The notes below the pieces were generated by a model. That model did no database searches. It worked only from the letters and a program-made list of their open reading frames with translations, and had not been told where the DNA came from. The position numbers and the translations under genes are program-made. Positions 1 to 45,515 of a stretch of 64,000 nucleotides of DNA are shown here, one piece after another. Location: contig CAVNZM010000012.1 in assembly GCA_963693365.1 (NCBI GenBank), forward strand, positions 7,317,501 through 7,381,500, read 5' to 3'. Every line of letters starts with the position of its first letter. The stretch's first letter is position 1. The DNA is from Amoebidium appalachense (lineage: Eukaryota > Protista > Ichthyosporea).

Positions 1-25316
<25,316 letters not shown>

Positions 25317-25464
25317 GGTTTGTGATGTGTGCTAAGCAACTAGTTAAGAAAAAACGCCCAAAAATAAACTTTCCCAACAGACGATGCGTGTCACTGAGTG
25401 TTTTGTCGGCTCAGCCGCTGCATGCGCGCGAGCTATATGTGCGCGCAGGTTTGACTTCAGTGTG

Positions 25465-25502
25465 AATGACGTCATATTACGTCACCAATTTTTGGCGCCA
25501 AA
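25465..25502. promoter_or_regulatory. RPAP1 proximal promoter: CRE/ATF site, CCAAT box and palindromic E2F site
   Basis: TGACGTCA at 25467-25474, then TTACGTCACCAAT, then TTTGGCGCCAAA at 25491-25502, about 150-190 bp upstream of the ATG at 25316. Confidence 0.55.
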
Positions 25503-25735
25503 TTTCTGAAACTTGCACTTGGCTCTCCCCAGCTGCACCATGCACGAATACATGTCATCAAGGTATGTCCCAAGCCCTTTCTAATCCTAGTAATACAATA
25601 CATGTTGTTGTGTATGTAATAATATGAGGCCTTGCAATTAACAAGGTTTTTATATTATAACCATGTGACACTGTCACTGTCCAAAAAAAAAAAAAAAAGA
25701 AGTTATATCTCCACATCATATGTTACCCACCATCT

Positions 25736-26419
25736 ATGTCGGTTGTCGAATTGACTCACGAGTTGTCACAGTTACCAATGTCCACTGTTATTTTAGGTGA
25801 TTTTAACACGCGACTCCACCACACAGACACACTGCAAGTGAGTGTCGGGTACCCATCTAAGCCCCCGGAGCGTGCTATCCCTTTAGCAAGGTATGTCCAA
25901 AGTCACACTTTGCGGTTCCCTCAAATATCCCATGCCCACAACACCGACTGGGGAGTGGCCTTTTGGCCATCAACCATGTCAAAACTCTCTCTCCCTCCTA
26001 ACCTCTCTAGGTCATCTGACCACTCTCCTATCCTTTTCCTACCTAAGATCTCCCTTGATCTGCTCCCCCCTCCTCCTCCCACCTTTCGCCTCCGTCTATC
26101 CCAGCTTAAGTCACAGTGGGGTAGAGTTGATGTATGTGTATGCTATGCTACGAAACACCCTATATATATGCGCCTATTAGAATCTGCACAAGCCAGGCCA
26201 GATTCACATCTCGTACTAGATACATGCACTAACTTTATTGTTGATGATTTGATAGATCTCGGTGATTATGCTGGCGGTGGTAGGAAGGAATATCCCGATG
26301 CTCTCTTGTTACCAAACACCACTCCCGCTAGACTAGGTGAACCCCTGTCTCAAAAGGAAAGCTTGCGCCGGCTTGCTAGTATGAATCGATTTGGCCCCCC
26401 CTGCTCGTATTATTGGTGA
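25736..26419 (+). CDS. LINE ORF2 N-terminal part: C-terminal half of an apurinic-like endonuclease; frameshifts into the RT ORF at a C7 run (26395-26401)
   Basis: YPPS just upstream in frame, then VILGDFN and SDHSPI motifs typical of APE domains. The N-terminal APE motifs are missing, consistent with 5' truncation. Confidence 0.8.
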   Translation: MSVVELTHELSQLPMSTVILGDFNTRLHHTDTLQVSVGYPSKPPERAIPLARYVQSHTLRFPQISHAHNTDWGVAFWPSTMSKLSLPPNLSRSSDHSPILFLPKISLDLLPPPPPTFRLRLSQLKSQWGRVDVCVCYATKHPIYMRLLESAQARPDSHLVLDTCTNFIVDDLIDLGDYAGGGRKEYPDALLLPNTTPARLGEPLSQKESLRRLASMNRFGPPCSYYW

Positions 26420-28592
26420 TACCACTGGAGACCCCCTCATAGACTCTGATAAGTATTTCTCGGAACTGTTTAAAGATAGGACCCCCGCTCAGAAACCTAT
26501 TGTGTGGCCTGTAGACCCATCTATCCCCATAGAATCGATCCTCCCCTTTTTCAGCCCCGATGCCATATGGTCTGTGATATCTAGTTATAGCTCTAGTAAG
26601 TCTTGTGGACCTGATGGACTCCCTGCTGGGTTTCTTAAAATCCTTGTTCCCTCCTACCCACAAAAGGAAAGTGATCGTGCTATTAAACCTGATCTTACTA
26701 TCATGTTAAGCTCTCTCTTTTCTTGGTGTGTTAAATGTGGACATGTCCCGTCATCTTGGTTAGATACCTTAGTGATCCCCATAGTTAAGAAGGACTCTGA
26801 GGGCCCCATATCATCCTTTCGCCCCATTACACTAACCCAGGTTGTTCGTAGATTCTTTGAAGCTTGCTTACTTAGGTTATTTGCACACCACCCTAGGTTT
26901 CAATCTATTCTTCACATACACCCATGCCAATCCGCTTTTCGTAAAAACAATTCATGTTATGTTCAAATAATGGCACTGCACGATTCTATGCAAGTTGGTG
27001 CACAATATGTTGGCTTTATTGATTGGAAAACTGCTTACGATTCTGTCTCCCCTGGTCTCCTATGGGAAAAGCTTGCTGCACGGGGTGTACCACACTGCAT
27101 TGGTGTTCTGTTAGAAGCACTCTTGTCTCAAACCTATGGTAGAGCTGTGGTTAATGGGCATCTTTCATATGGTTTTGCTCGTACTAGAGGTCTCTTGCAG
27201 GGTTCATTGCTTAGCCCCTTTTTGTTTAACCTATTTATAGATGATTTGGCTGTCAAGATTTACGCCGAAAACGATGACCCTATTAATAACTTTCCGCCTG
27301 CACTTCTCTATGCTGATGATCTGTCCCTCCTTGCCCGTACCCCTAGACGCCTGCAAAGATTGTTCGATGTAGTGTCAGAGTGGTGCAAGGCAAACCTTAT
27401 GATCCTTAACATAGACAAATGTGGTGTTCTTGTACCTGATATAGCTAACAATTTACACACATTTACATTATCATCTAAACCTGTACCTATAGTTCCAGAA
27501 TACAAATATCTTGGTGTTCCGGTTGATTCTGTTGGTGTTATGTTTCCCCATATGGTCGAAAAGAGGGTAGAGTTGGCTCGTAAGCGGTTAGCTTTCTTCT
27601 CGGCTAATATTTTTAAAGACACACCCCTCCATCCTTCTATTAGACTTACATTTATTCGCACTTTTGTCTTCCCGGCATGTGAATATGGTTTACCCCTTCT
27701 CGCCGCTTGGATCAAGAAAGAGAGAACTAGAGCGCTTAAACCCTTGGCAAATTTCCTTGAAGCAGAAGTTGCCTCCTTTCTATCTAACAACTGTTGTAAA
27801 CCTGGGCCTGTAACGCTCTCGATATATGGTCTGGTCCCAATAGCTGCTAGAGTATCCTATCTCGCGCTGAAATTCAATAAGCACATAAGCCGCTTAAAGA
27901 AGTATTTGCCCTCCCACCCTCTCTTCTCTATCCGACCTGTCCCCTCCTCACCTCCCCCCTCTTTCCTCCCCTCTCTCTCCCCTTCTCCCCTGGGCACAAA
28001 TACAAATAAACCCCGCAATAGTGTGTGTGTGACTTTGGACTGCCACTTACTTATTAAACATGTACACAATCACAAGATAATCACGCAATATAACAAATGG
28101 AAAAAGATACCACACGACACTAGACCCGATGAAAGCATACACCTTGAAAAACTAAGCCTTATGTCTCGTTTTATATATACTGACCGCCTCAACCATATTG
28201 CCAAATATGGCACTCGCAAGTGTATAACACCTAAATACATATTACCTTCCTGTAGAACTGGTCTTTCTCTAGCTGATGGTATTATTGATCAATTACCACG
28301 CTTTTACTGTACACGTGCTATACAGTGGAGATCTAATAAGTATAAGGTGGCATCATTTGCATGCCCAAACAACACACACACACACCAGTTTAACCGGTCA
28401 TGTATCGCCAAATGTAGTTTGATAGACCACATAATACCGCAACACACACACGTCACATTCACAACAGACACCCAGAAAGATAGCCTACCTGTAAATTACA
28501 ACATCCTTGATTTTATACTAAACACGCGTAACTACGACCTGTTTATTAGATGTATTGATTGGCTTGAGAAACACATCACTACAAAATTATAG
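26391..28592 (+). CDS. LINE reverse transcriptase (ORF2 C-terminal part)
   Basis: 733-aa ORF with KSCGPDG, FRPITL, FIDWKTAYDSV, RGLLQGSLLSPFLFNLFIDDL, LLYADD and YKYLG motifs, plus a C-terminal Cys/His-rich segment. Confidence 0.95.
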   Translation: MAPPARIIGDTTGDPLIDSDKYFSELFKDRTPAQKPIVWPVDPSIPIESILPFFSPDAIWSVISSYSSSKSCGPDGLPAGFLKILVPSYPQKESDRAIKPDLTIMLSSLFSWCVKCGHVPSSWLDTLVIPIVKKDSEGPISSFRPITLTQVVRRFFEACLLRLFAHHPRFQSILHIHPCQSAFRKNNSCYVQIMALHDSMQVGAQYVGFIDWKTAYDSVSPGLLWEKLAARGVPHCIGVLLEALLSQTYGRAVVNGHLSYGFARTRGLLQGSLLSPFLFNLFIDDLAVKIYAENDDPINNFPPALLYADDLSLLARTPRRLQRLFDVVSEWCKANLMILNIDKCGVLVPDIANNLHTFTLSSKPVPIVPEYKYLGVPVDSVGVMFPHMVEKRVELARKRLAFFSANIFKDTPLHPSIRLTFIRTFVFPACEYGLPLLAAWIKKERTRALKPLANFLEAEVASFLSNNCCKPGPVTLSIYGLVPIAARVSYLALKFNKHISRLKKYLPSHPLFSIRPVPSSPPPSFLPSLSPSPLGTNTNKPRNSVCVTLDCHLLIKHVHNHKIITQYNKWKKIPHDTRPDESIHLEKLSLMSRFIYTDRLNHIAKYGTRKCITPKYILPSCRTGLSLADGIIDQLPRFYCTRAIQWRSNKYKVASFACPNNTHTHQFNRSCIAKCSLIDHIIPQHTHVTFTTDTQKDSLPVNYNILDFILNTRNYDLFIRCIDWLEKHITTKL

Positions 28593-28606
28593 CGCACACA
28601 CACACA

Positions 28607-28667
<61 letters not shown>

Positions 28668-28728
28668 CCAGCTGATACCGAGTGTCCCGAGGGAAGCCCC
28701 TTTAAAAAAATTAAAATTAAAATTAAAA

Positions 28729-28769
<41 letters not shown>

Positions 28770-29185
28770 GGGGAACCCCAACTAATTGATTTCTCCTTGT
28801 AGTCTTTATGGTGTCTCGTAGAGAAAGTAAACCCTGATATATAGTCACCACCCGACATCTATGTACGTGATCATGATATACCGCTGAGGGGATATTCCGA
28901 GCAAAACCCCCCCCCATACCTGAGACTGGTTCTCTTTGCCTCGAGTAAACAGCGTAAACCCCACATCATATCTCCGCATAAAATTTGTATATTATGCAAG
29001 TGATGAACATTGATCTTTTTTACATGTATATCTTGTTGGGTGGAAGTACTGTTGGCCTTGGTGCCAACAACTCATCACAGCTCACCTACATGTCGTTAAT
29101 AAACACTGACATTCCTTTCAACATAGCTACGGGCCTTAGAATTTTCAGGAATTGAGGCCGGCAAGATAGAGGGACTGAAGGGGAG

Positions 29186-29227
<42 letters not shown>

Positions 29228-30216
29228 GAAAGAGGGAGACACGTACGAGAGGGGGGGGGGGGGGGGAGAGCATGTGTGTGCCGTGCACGCACGTGTTTAT
29301 GTGCACGTGTGTTGTGCATGTATGTGAATTTGTATTGATGCGTGCTTGGGGGGGGGGGGGGGGGAGTCACAAACAACAAGGAGCTCACAGAAGCTGAAGG
29401 GCTTTTTTTTTTTTTTTTTTTAATTGAATTTATTATCGGTCGTAGCTATAGCACAGATGATATGATAATCAAGCCTAACCAGCAGGCCTTTGCTACTCAA
29501 CAATATACGGACATTACCGTAGTTTCACCAGTTAAAATCCACCTCAACATTTTTTTCTATGTTGCAAGTCACATTTGCATCCCTGTTTATATCTCTTTGC
29601 GGGCCTGGGCTATGCTTTTGTGTATATATTCATTCTGAATGTGTGTAGGCAAGTGTATGCAGTTGTTTGGCAACAAAGAGGGAAAAAAACAAAAGTGTAT
29701 ACAGATGCAGAAATGCACAATGCAGTAACCTTCGTTAGATATGGTGTGTGCAAGCAAAAGCCTCAATAGGTTTTCATAATTGTCTGTCTCCCGATTTCCC
29801 TTTTCTTTTGAGTTGTGTTGACAATTTCCTTTAAACCATTTTGTCCTTTTTTTTTTTTTAGTGCCTTGACTTACTATTTTCGGTTTTTTAACACTTTTTT
29901 TGTTTTTTCCTTTCCCCTCCCCACCTTCCCAACTTTAAGGGCTTTGGCGGAACAGGAAATGGAGAAAAAGCATTTTACGCGCGGAAACACCTAGAAATGC
30001 GGTGTGGAATTCACAAGAAAAAGAGAGAGAAAAGCATGCAAAGGCATACACAATACAAATGCAGCACGCAATGTTATGGTCGCTACTAGACTCACATGTA
30101 TGTCGAACGGACCAAAAAAAGAAAAAAGCTAAGAAATGGATTCAGCCACAAATCGTTGACGAGTATCCCTCCTCCTTAGAAACACACTAGCTGTCCGTGT
30201 CGAAAGAACAAAAAGA

Positions 30217-30530
30217 TTACGTTGTCTTGCGGAATTCTGTCAGCACAGGGTAGATGGACTCGAAAGCCTCGTAAATCTCTGTTCGTTCCTGCAAAAATAA
30301 AAGTAAAAAGGTTAGGTGTGCCGCAAAATACATGGGTAGTGAAACATACACGCTGATGCATGACACGCATTCGGCACCGCAACGGAAGCAAAATATCGTG
30401 AAAAGAAGCGAGGTGTTCCGCTTCGCGAAAAGAGCTCTCGTAGAAACGTGTGTGTACACACGAACACACACGAACACGTGTGTATGTCTGTGTGTGCGCG
30501 CACGTGTGCATGTGCCTCAATGTATATGTG

Positions 30531-30581
<51 letters not shown>

Positions 30582-30652
30582 TGTGTATGTGTGTGTGGAA
30601 ATGGGGTGGTGGTGGTGGTGGTTGCAGTTGTGGTGGTTGGTGGGGGAAGGGG

Positions 30653-30691
<39 letters not shown>

Positions 30692-32465
30692 ATGCTTACT
30701 TTTGCACCTGTGAGCACAACTTTTCCAGAAACGAAAATCAGCAGCACAATCTTGGGGTCAACCATACGGTAGATGAGACCGGGGAAGAGCTCGGGCTCAT
30801 ACTGCATGGAGGAAAGGCAGGGGCAGTCAGCACACACGGAAAGCCCCAAACCCCAAAAAATAATACAGCCTCTCTCATTCTCTCTTCTTATTTTTGCCCC
30901 ACTTTCAACTCCTGGTATATTCAATCAAATGAGACCACTGCCCGTTAACGAGCTTGCTTTCATTCTCATCCTGTAGGTATTCGTGAATATGCTGACAACC
31001 CCTACAACACACACACCCGGCTCAACTCTGCCAGAAAAGTTTGATTTCTCACACATACACAGAAGCCTTTGTATCTCCTCCACCAAAAAGTAGTATCCAT
31101 AAGTCGCGGGTGAAAAACAGCCACTCACCGAAACTAAAGAGCGAACGAGAACCAAGAAAGTTCCAACATATAAAATATTAGGCCCAGAAACAACTGCACA
31201 CACAAACACACACAACCCGTGCACCCCTTCTAAGCTTAACACACGCACACACACACACACCTCCCTCTTCACTAACAAAAACTATTATCCATACTTCTAT
31301 CCTTGACAACCACATGCTTCACCCTAAAGACCACACAAAAACAAGAAAACCTTACCTGGCCGAACTGACTGTGCTGAATCTGGATAGCCTCCAAACGGAT
31401 GGGGAACTTCACGTCACATGACCCCACGATGTTCTGGATTCTGAACTCTGTGAACTTGGCAGCAAAGCCTAGCTTCTGGATGATGCGTGCATACTTGCGT
31501 GCGGCCAGCTTTGACTCCTCCTCGCTCTTAGCGCCAGTGCACACCATCTTGCCAGAGGCAAAAATCAGCGCCGTTGTCTTAGGCTCGCGGATGCGCATAA
31601 TGACAGCGGCAAAACGCTGCAAAATGGACATGGCCGACCAAGGTCAGTGACACTTTTCGTGGTTGTGTCAAACGCTACGTTGTCATTCGTGTTTCTTTGC
31701 TTTGAACGGGCAAGCTTGAAACAGCTTCCAGCTATACGGATGGCTAACAACGGTATTGAAGGTATTGAAGGTATCGTAAATGAAACACGAAGGAAAAGAT
31801 AGCTAGATATTTTGCTTCTGAGCAAAAAAAAAAACCTGTTGTCACCTAAACATTATCTTAGAACAAGGAATTGGAAAGATGAAAAGAAATAGGCACCTTG
31901 GGGTTGTATTCGGCATTTCTCGCGTGGAGAGCAATCTGCTTGAGCTCCAGGCGTACCCCAAGGTTAACTGTAGACACGACGTTCCTGTGGAGTAAACGTG
32001 AACTTTAGTCTGGTATGGTTTTCAGTCTTTTCATTAACCTTATCAGGTTGTTGGGGATGTATCAAAAGAACAAGGAGTTCGGGTACCAGAGCACTTTGGC
32101 CAAGAAAAGCAGTAAGAATCGCGGGAGCACCGGGTAACTGCCTTACAAGCACTAAAAAGAAACGAATGAACGGTCCATTTCAAAATTATAGCAGCGAGAA
32201 ATGAACGTGACAAAAAATGTGAGAGAAAAACCTCGTGCTGCAACAACCACAACGGTGCGCACAAAACGCTTAGACAACTATAAAGGCAAAGAGAAACTCT
32301 CAACGGCATCATTTCATGAAAAGAGGGAGAGAAGGTGCAGGAAACTCACTGGAGCTGAGGGATAATTCCCGATGGATGTCTGTTCAAGTCAACTTCGGGG
32401 GCAGCATTCACGTCCAGAGTAGTCTGCGTGGGGAACTGCCCCTGAGGATAAGCTACCGCAGCCAT
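30217..32465 (-). CDS. TBP: TATA-box-binding protein
   Basis: Exons 32465-32350, 31984-31897, 31616-31356, 30801-30700, 30288-30217 with GT-AG introns. Translation MAAVAYPQ...[19 protein letters not shown]...[42 protein letters not shown]...[13 protein letters not shown]...[15 protein letters not shown]...[12 protein letters not shown] is the canonical TBP core. Confidence 0.97.
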
Positions 32466-33283
32466 TTTGCCTGTAGCTTGCTCCACTCCCAACACTCAGA
32501 AAACTCGGTCTTCCTTGCGTATTCAACTGTGTAGCTTTGCTGGAAAGCGGTTGTACCAGTTTTTGGGTTCCTGCTTGTCCGTTATAAATACTGGGGAAGT
32601 GAGGAGTTTTGTGGGCTGTGTGGCTCCTTTTGGCCCCCTTCCATGCCGTCATCCGCCAAAATCTGATCTGACCTCATTGCTTCTATTGGTTATAATCAAG
32701 CAGGGTATAAACAGAATCCAATCATATGCAGCAACAAAATTAGTTTAAAGTCTATGCTTCTAATTGTTAATATTCTCAAGTTTTAATATTGAAATATATA
32801 ATGTGATAGAGATTAAAATTCGTATCTGATTGATGCACTGTCATCCATGTCTTGACTCCAAAGTTGCCTTGAAAGTCGGCGTGCGTTCGCATAAAAGGAC
32901 AAATGGAGGTGCCAGTTCAAAGGCCTCGGAGCAGACCTCGTCGAGGCAAAGTACGGAGACACACCTGTTTGGGCCTATATATGTTTTGTTGCAAGCTACA
33001 GTAGTCAAAGCAGAGTTACCCCTTCCAAGAAAGGACCAAACCATGATGATATCGATACATATATTCTCGGCTAGAAAACACAAACCACATGCATGTCACC
33101 GATGATCGATATCGTAGTTCTTCGGAACCGATGTCGTCAATTGATATAAGTTACTAATTTAATAAATTAATCGATATCTTAATGCATATGCATTCAATAA
33201 TTATGCTTATATTATGGCCGCTTTGCCCAATGTTAATAATAGTTTTTTCGGGCATTTGCACTGATTGTGGCTTCATGGTTATA

Positions 33284-33326
<43 letters not shown>

Positions 33327-33523
33327 GGCCACGGGCCAGGGAAGCGGTACCGTTACCCCCTGCCCGCGTTTATTCTGTACTCCAGGGCCACCGGTACCCT
33401 CTACTTATCTACATAACATGCGCACATGCACACTGTGTACAACACACACGCACAGGCAAACGCACATACAAGTAACACTGTGACGTGCGCGCGCGCAAAG
33501 CACATGTATACTCACACCCAGAC

Positions 33524-33603
<80 letters not shown>

Positions 33604-33734
33604 CCGTACACACAGACACGCACACAAACATAACACACAAACGCATTCGCACACACCCACACACACACACACACACACCCGTGCAAAAACATGTACGTAT
33701 ACAGTCAAACCTGTAGCTGAGTCACGTGCGCACA

Positions 33735-33836
<102 letters not shown>

Positions 33837-33908
33837 GTCTGTGGCACACACGCACACACATGCACACATGTGCACACACACAGACACAGTGACACGCGCG
33901 CGTGCACA

Positions 33909-33948
<40 letters not shown>

Positions 33949-34092
33949 CACACACACACACGTGTGCACACACACAAGCACACACTGTACAACACACACA
34001 CACACACACATACACATTATCACAAATTTGTATACACGACGTGACACAAGTACCCCTCCCTCCCTCCCCCACCTCCCGCCAGGGACCCACAG

Positions 34093-34137
<45 letters not shown>

Positions 34138-35589
34138 AAAAATAATAATAAAAAAAAATTTACAACGTGTGATTACTGATTATCTTTTCACCCACCCACC
34201 CCTCCCCGATTCGAAGAAGAAGAGGATGGCGAAAATAGAATAGGACTATCGAAGTCGTCCTGTGATTCTAGATATTTTCCAAAAAAAATGGAATTTGTTA
34301 TTTTCATAGGAATTCGCCAGATCCAAATTACTAACGGCGTGATAGTACTCATACATAACAGTATATTCTCCTTTTTACGCATCTCTTAGCAAACATGCAC
34401 ACGGCATCAGTGACACATGAAATGCTACGAAGATTCACACAAAAGTGCGGCGAAAACTCAACAAGACATTAATTATACTGGTTTAAAAGAAAGAGAGAAA
34501 GAAAAAAAGAAAGAAAAAAAAAGTGCGCCGCAAAAGTAATCAAATCAGTTGCCAAGCCCAGTTGAGTGGGTCGGGAAGAGGGGGGGGGGGGGGTACGTAG
34601 GGGGTTGGGTGGGTGGGTTTTGGGGGGGGGGGGAGATTGGGCAGAAGGGGTTGTTACAGTCGGCCCCCAGTGTACGTGGATCATCTAATTCATAAAATGC
34701 CATTTTTGATTTATGAATCCAGCGTGTGCACCAGTGCACTTATCCAAATTTTGAGAAGGTTCAAACCGTTTGCCAACTTTCTTGATAGGCTGATCATGAC
34801 GGTTCCGCGCATAATATTTGAGTTTCGAAATGATTCAGAAGTGGAACAGAGCCGAATCCATGTATGTTTGCTTCCGAAGCTTTTCAATTGATGTGAAGTT
34901 TGTGGTGGTTGAGGGGAGGAAATCTATAGGAAAAAGGGGGAAGGGGGAGGAGGAGGGCCTGAGGGCCCCCGGGGGGGGGGCAAAACATTTGGCACCTACA
35001 ATATTGATTGCAGGGGAACGGCTGGAGGATTTATGGGGGCAAAATTGCGCCCATGCACCGAGGGAGAATGGAGGGCGGATGGAGTCTGGGGAGGGAGGAG
35101 AGGGGGGGGGGGGGAGGGGAGGTCCTGGGAGTGGGGGGAGGGGGGGGGGGGGGGGGATGAGCTCTTGCAAAACACCGTCAAATCCACCAAATTCTGCGTG
35201 CCTCAGGCAGCTGGAACTTATTAGGTGGTCGAGGGCAGCCGTGGCGGCGGCGGGGGGAGGGGGAGGGGGGAGGGGGGGGGGGGGGAGGGGGGAGGACTGG
35301 TGGGTAATAAAGTTGCGACTGCTTGCATGCGTCAGGCTGTAATTTTTGTGTGTGGTGCCCGATGCACGTGCCAAGTGAGTGCGTTGTTCAATGTGTTACT
35401 ACATATACTGAAGAAACAAATGCTAACGCACTACTTTAGAATGGTGAAAAATGCAAAGAAAAAATTCAGTGTCGCGATATTTAATTGCCACATTACAACG
35501 GGTGTGGACAATCCAGGCAATCCTGGCTCCAGCCAGTGAGTTTACGCTTACATACTAGTGCTGCATAGATATTATTGCTCAACATCAGC

Positions 35590-35621
<32 letters not shown>

Positions 35622-35785
35622 GCCCTTCGGGGTTAATTAGAACCTGACTTAGAAGACTTTGAGGCAGAGAGCCCAAATAGATTCCGGCCCCAACCCCAAA
35701 TCTTGTAGTATTATTGGTGTTTCAGGGGGTGCGTGCCCGTTTGCGCACTGCAGTCTGCACGCCTTGCAAGGGTTTGTGAGTGCGC

Positions 35786-35875
<90 letters not shown>

Positions 35876-36035
35876 ATGTGTGTGTCACGGTGTATGTGTG
35901 TTGTGTGTGTGTGTGTGTTTGCGTGTGTGTGTGTGAATGTGCGTGTGGGTGGGTATTCGTGCATGTGTGTGTGCGTGTGCATATTTGTGCGTCATGGTGT
36001 GTGTGTGCGTGTGCACGTGTGTGCGTGTGTGTGTG

Positions 36036-36153
<118 letters not shown>

Positions 36154-36338
36154 GTGTGCGTGCGTCCGTGTGTGCGTCCGTGTGTGTAAACTTCAGGTGG
36201 GTATCGGCTCTACTTTTTCCGATCTCTTCCCGTTTTTTTTTTGTTTTTTTTTCTTGTTTTTTTTTCTCCATCCGCCAGAAAGAGGGTCTGCATCATCCGA
36301 TGATGCATACGGCCAGACCGGGTATTGCAACCGGCGGA

Positions 36339-36373
<35 letters not shown>

Positions 36374-37206
36374 CTTTCAACAACACCACGCCCTATGCAC
36401 AAAGGTGCCGTGCGGAGGCTTGCACACTGATGATGTGTGTGCCACGCCAGCTCTCCACGCCTAGGCCCTGTATGTACATGTACCAGCCTGTAAGTAAGGC
36501 TGTAACTTTTGAGGCTCGACGAGTTCAGCTGATCGATCAGCTGGCACTACACACTGCAGCTGAGGCCCCTGTGTACAGTGTACACCGTCACTGTGTTGCG
36601 ACACTGTGCGTGCGTCACCGTTGAGTCGATGGATAGATCTATTAGTAAGATCAACCAATCATCTATCCTTTTCGCACCTTTAATAGCCATAAAAGGCTAG
36701 TATGTGGCTCAGACCAGTACTCAGTCTCTTGCTCGTACAACACTATGCATATGCCAGCAACTTGAAGTTTACACGAGGCCTCAAACTGCCGAGTCGGACT
36801 CGATGGATGTTAGGAAGGGGTATCATATTTGTAAAGACATCGCGATAATATATGCAAAGATAACCTAACTGGGTCACGGTGAAATACTTAAGAATACTTA
36901 AATACTTAATAGCCCACATTTTCATAGGCAAGAGTACGTGTTTGTGTCTTCGATGTCGAGGTTTGGTGGGTGGCAACCAACTGTGTTTGCTGGAGCAAGT
37001 TTACAGCACACTTTTACGACTTTCAGGCGTGTTTTTGCATTCAATAAACAACCTAAAGCAGAACTACTGATTCTCTAACATCATTATTTTTTCCGCCAGT
37101 TATTCTTCTTAGTACTTTGCCTTTTTAAGGCTTCAACACACAGGCACGCGCACACGCACGCTCACGAACACGTACGCACGCACGCACACAAAGACGCCCG
37201 CACATC

Positions 37207-44392
<7,186 letters not shown>

Positions 44393-44639
44393 TGGGGGTT
44401 TTATCTTACCCCTACATAGCTGATAATGGGAACAATAATGGCTTAATTAGATAAATGAAAGGATTGTGTGCATATACAAGGGCACACATGCATGCGAACA
44501 CACACACACAAACACACACACACACACACACATACACACACGTGCGCACGCAGACACACACGCACATTCCCACACCCACGCCACCCACGTCACCCCCATG
44601 CATCAGCCCCCTCCCCCCGAAACAAAGTATGGGTTGGGA

Positions 44640-44735
44640 ACCACGCGCGAGAGGTTAAAGAGTCGAAACCCATGCTTTTGTGGAGGCATAGGAAACCCCC
44701 TGATGATGGGCTCTGCTCAAGTGTCTTCTGCCTGC
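44640..44735 (+). ncRNA. Putative type II hammerhead-ribozyme-like motif ~300 nt downstream of the AGPAT5 stop
   Basis: AGAGTC-GAAA (44665-44668), 31 nt, CTGATGA (44700-44706), TG-GGCTCT. AGAGUC pairs with GGCUCU (stem II). Same layout as the minus-strand copy at 4768-4822. Confidence 0.4.
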
Positions 44736-45468
44736 ACGCTTAATTGTTTTGATTTTGGATTTCCCACGTTTGTGACACTTTGTTGTTGCTCTTTGTTGTC
44801 CCCTCCATATTTCCAACCCTCTAACGCATACATCCCCCCCCCCCCCCCCCCCCCTTAGGTGTGCTTTGTACTTTTTGGCGCATTCGACCCCCCCCCCCCC
44901 CCCCCCCCCTTCCCCTCCGCTCCCCCTCCCCTCCCCTTAAAAAAAAATACCCCCAACACCTCCACCCCGCCCCACTACCCCGTGGTTCCCCTCCCCACAG
45001 CACACTCTGTTTAAACTTGGCTGGTGTTGGTTTCACATAAAAGATGAATAGAAGACTGAAGTTATGAATAGTTTTAGCACCCGATTGGATATGTGATAGC
45101 TCAATTGTGCGTGATTTAGAGTGTTTCAAAATGTGGATGCAAAATAACCGAAAAATCAAACACCATGTCTCTGCGAGGTCCGAAGGGTTATAATCTAAGA
45201 TGTTGGTATTTTGTCGGAGTTGCAATGTATATTGCTAGATTAGCTCTTAGCAGGTGTAATGCTGCGAGTCGTGATTCCCGTATTTATTAATTTCCGTATT
45301 TCCGTATTTATATTTTCGAATCATTGGCTGCTGGACAGACAATAATTATATTATAAACTGTGTTAGATGTAAGCTAGGATGACAGGTTGATAATCTTCTT
45401 ACTTTGTTGTTATATCAAACCCCGCCCCCCCCCCCCCCCCCCCTCCCCCCGCAACCACCAACACCACA

Positions 45469-45515
<47 letters not shown>

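Larger units (their letters stand above)
25722..28962 (+). mobile_element. 5'-truncated non-LTR retrotransposon (LINE, APE + RT)
   Basis: Contains APE and RT motifs. Flanked by the direct repeat CCACATCATAT at 25711-25721 and 28961-28971 (target-site duplication; the CC overlaps the element end). The 3' UTR has (CA)n, an internal A-tract and a ~190-bp tail shared with two other copies in the window. Confidence 0.9.

Noticed and set aside
34650-35060. Possible DNA-transposon remnant (TACAGTCGGCCCC start, GGGGGCAAAA repeats)
   Set aside because: No matching second terminus, TSD or transposase motif found.
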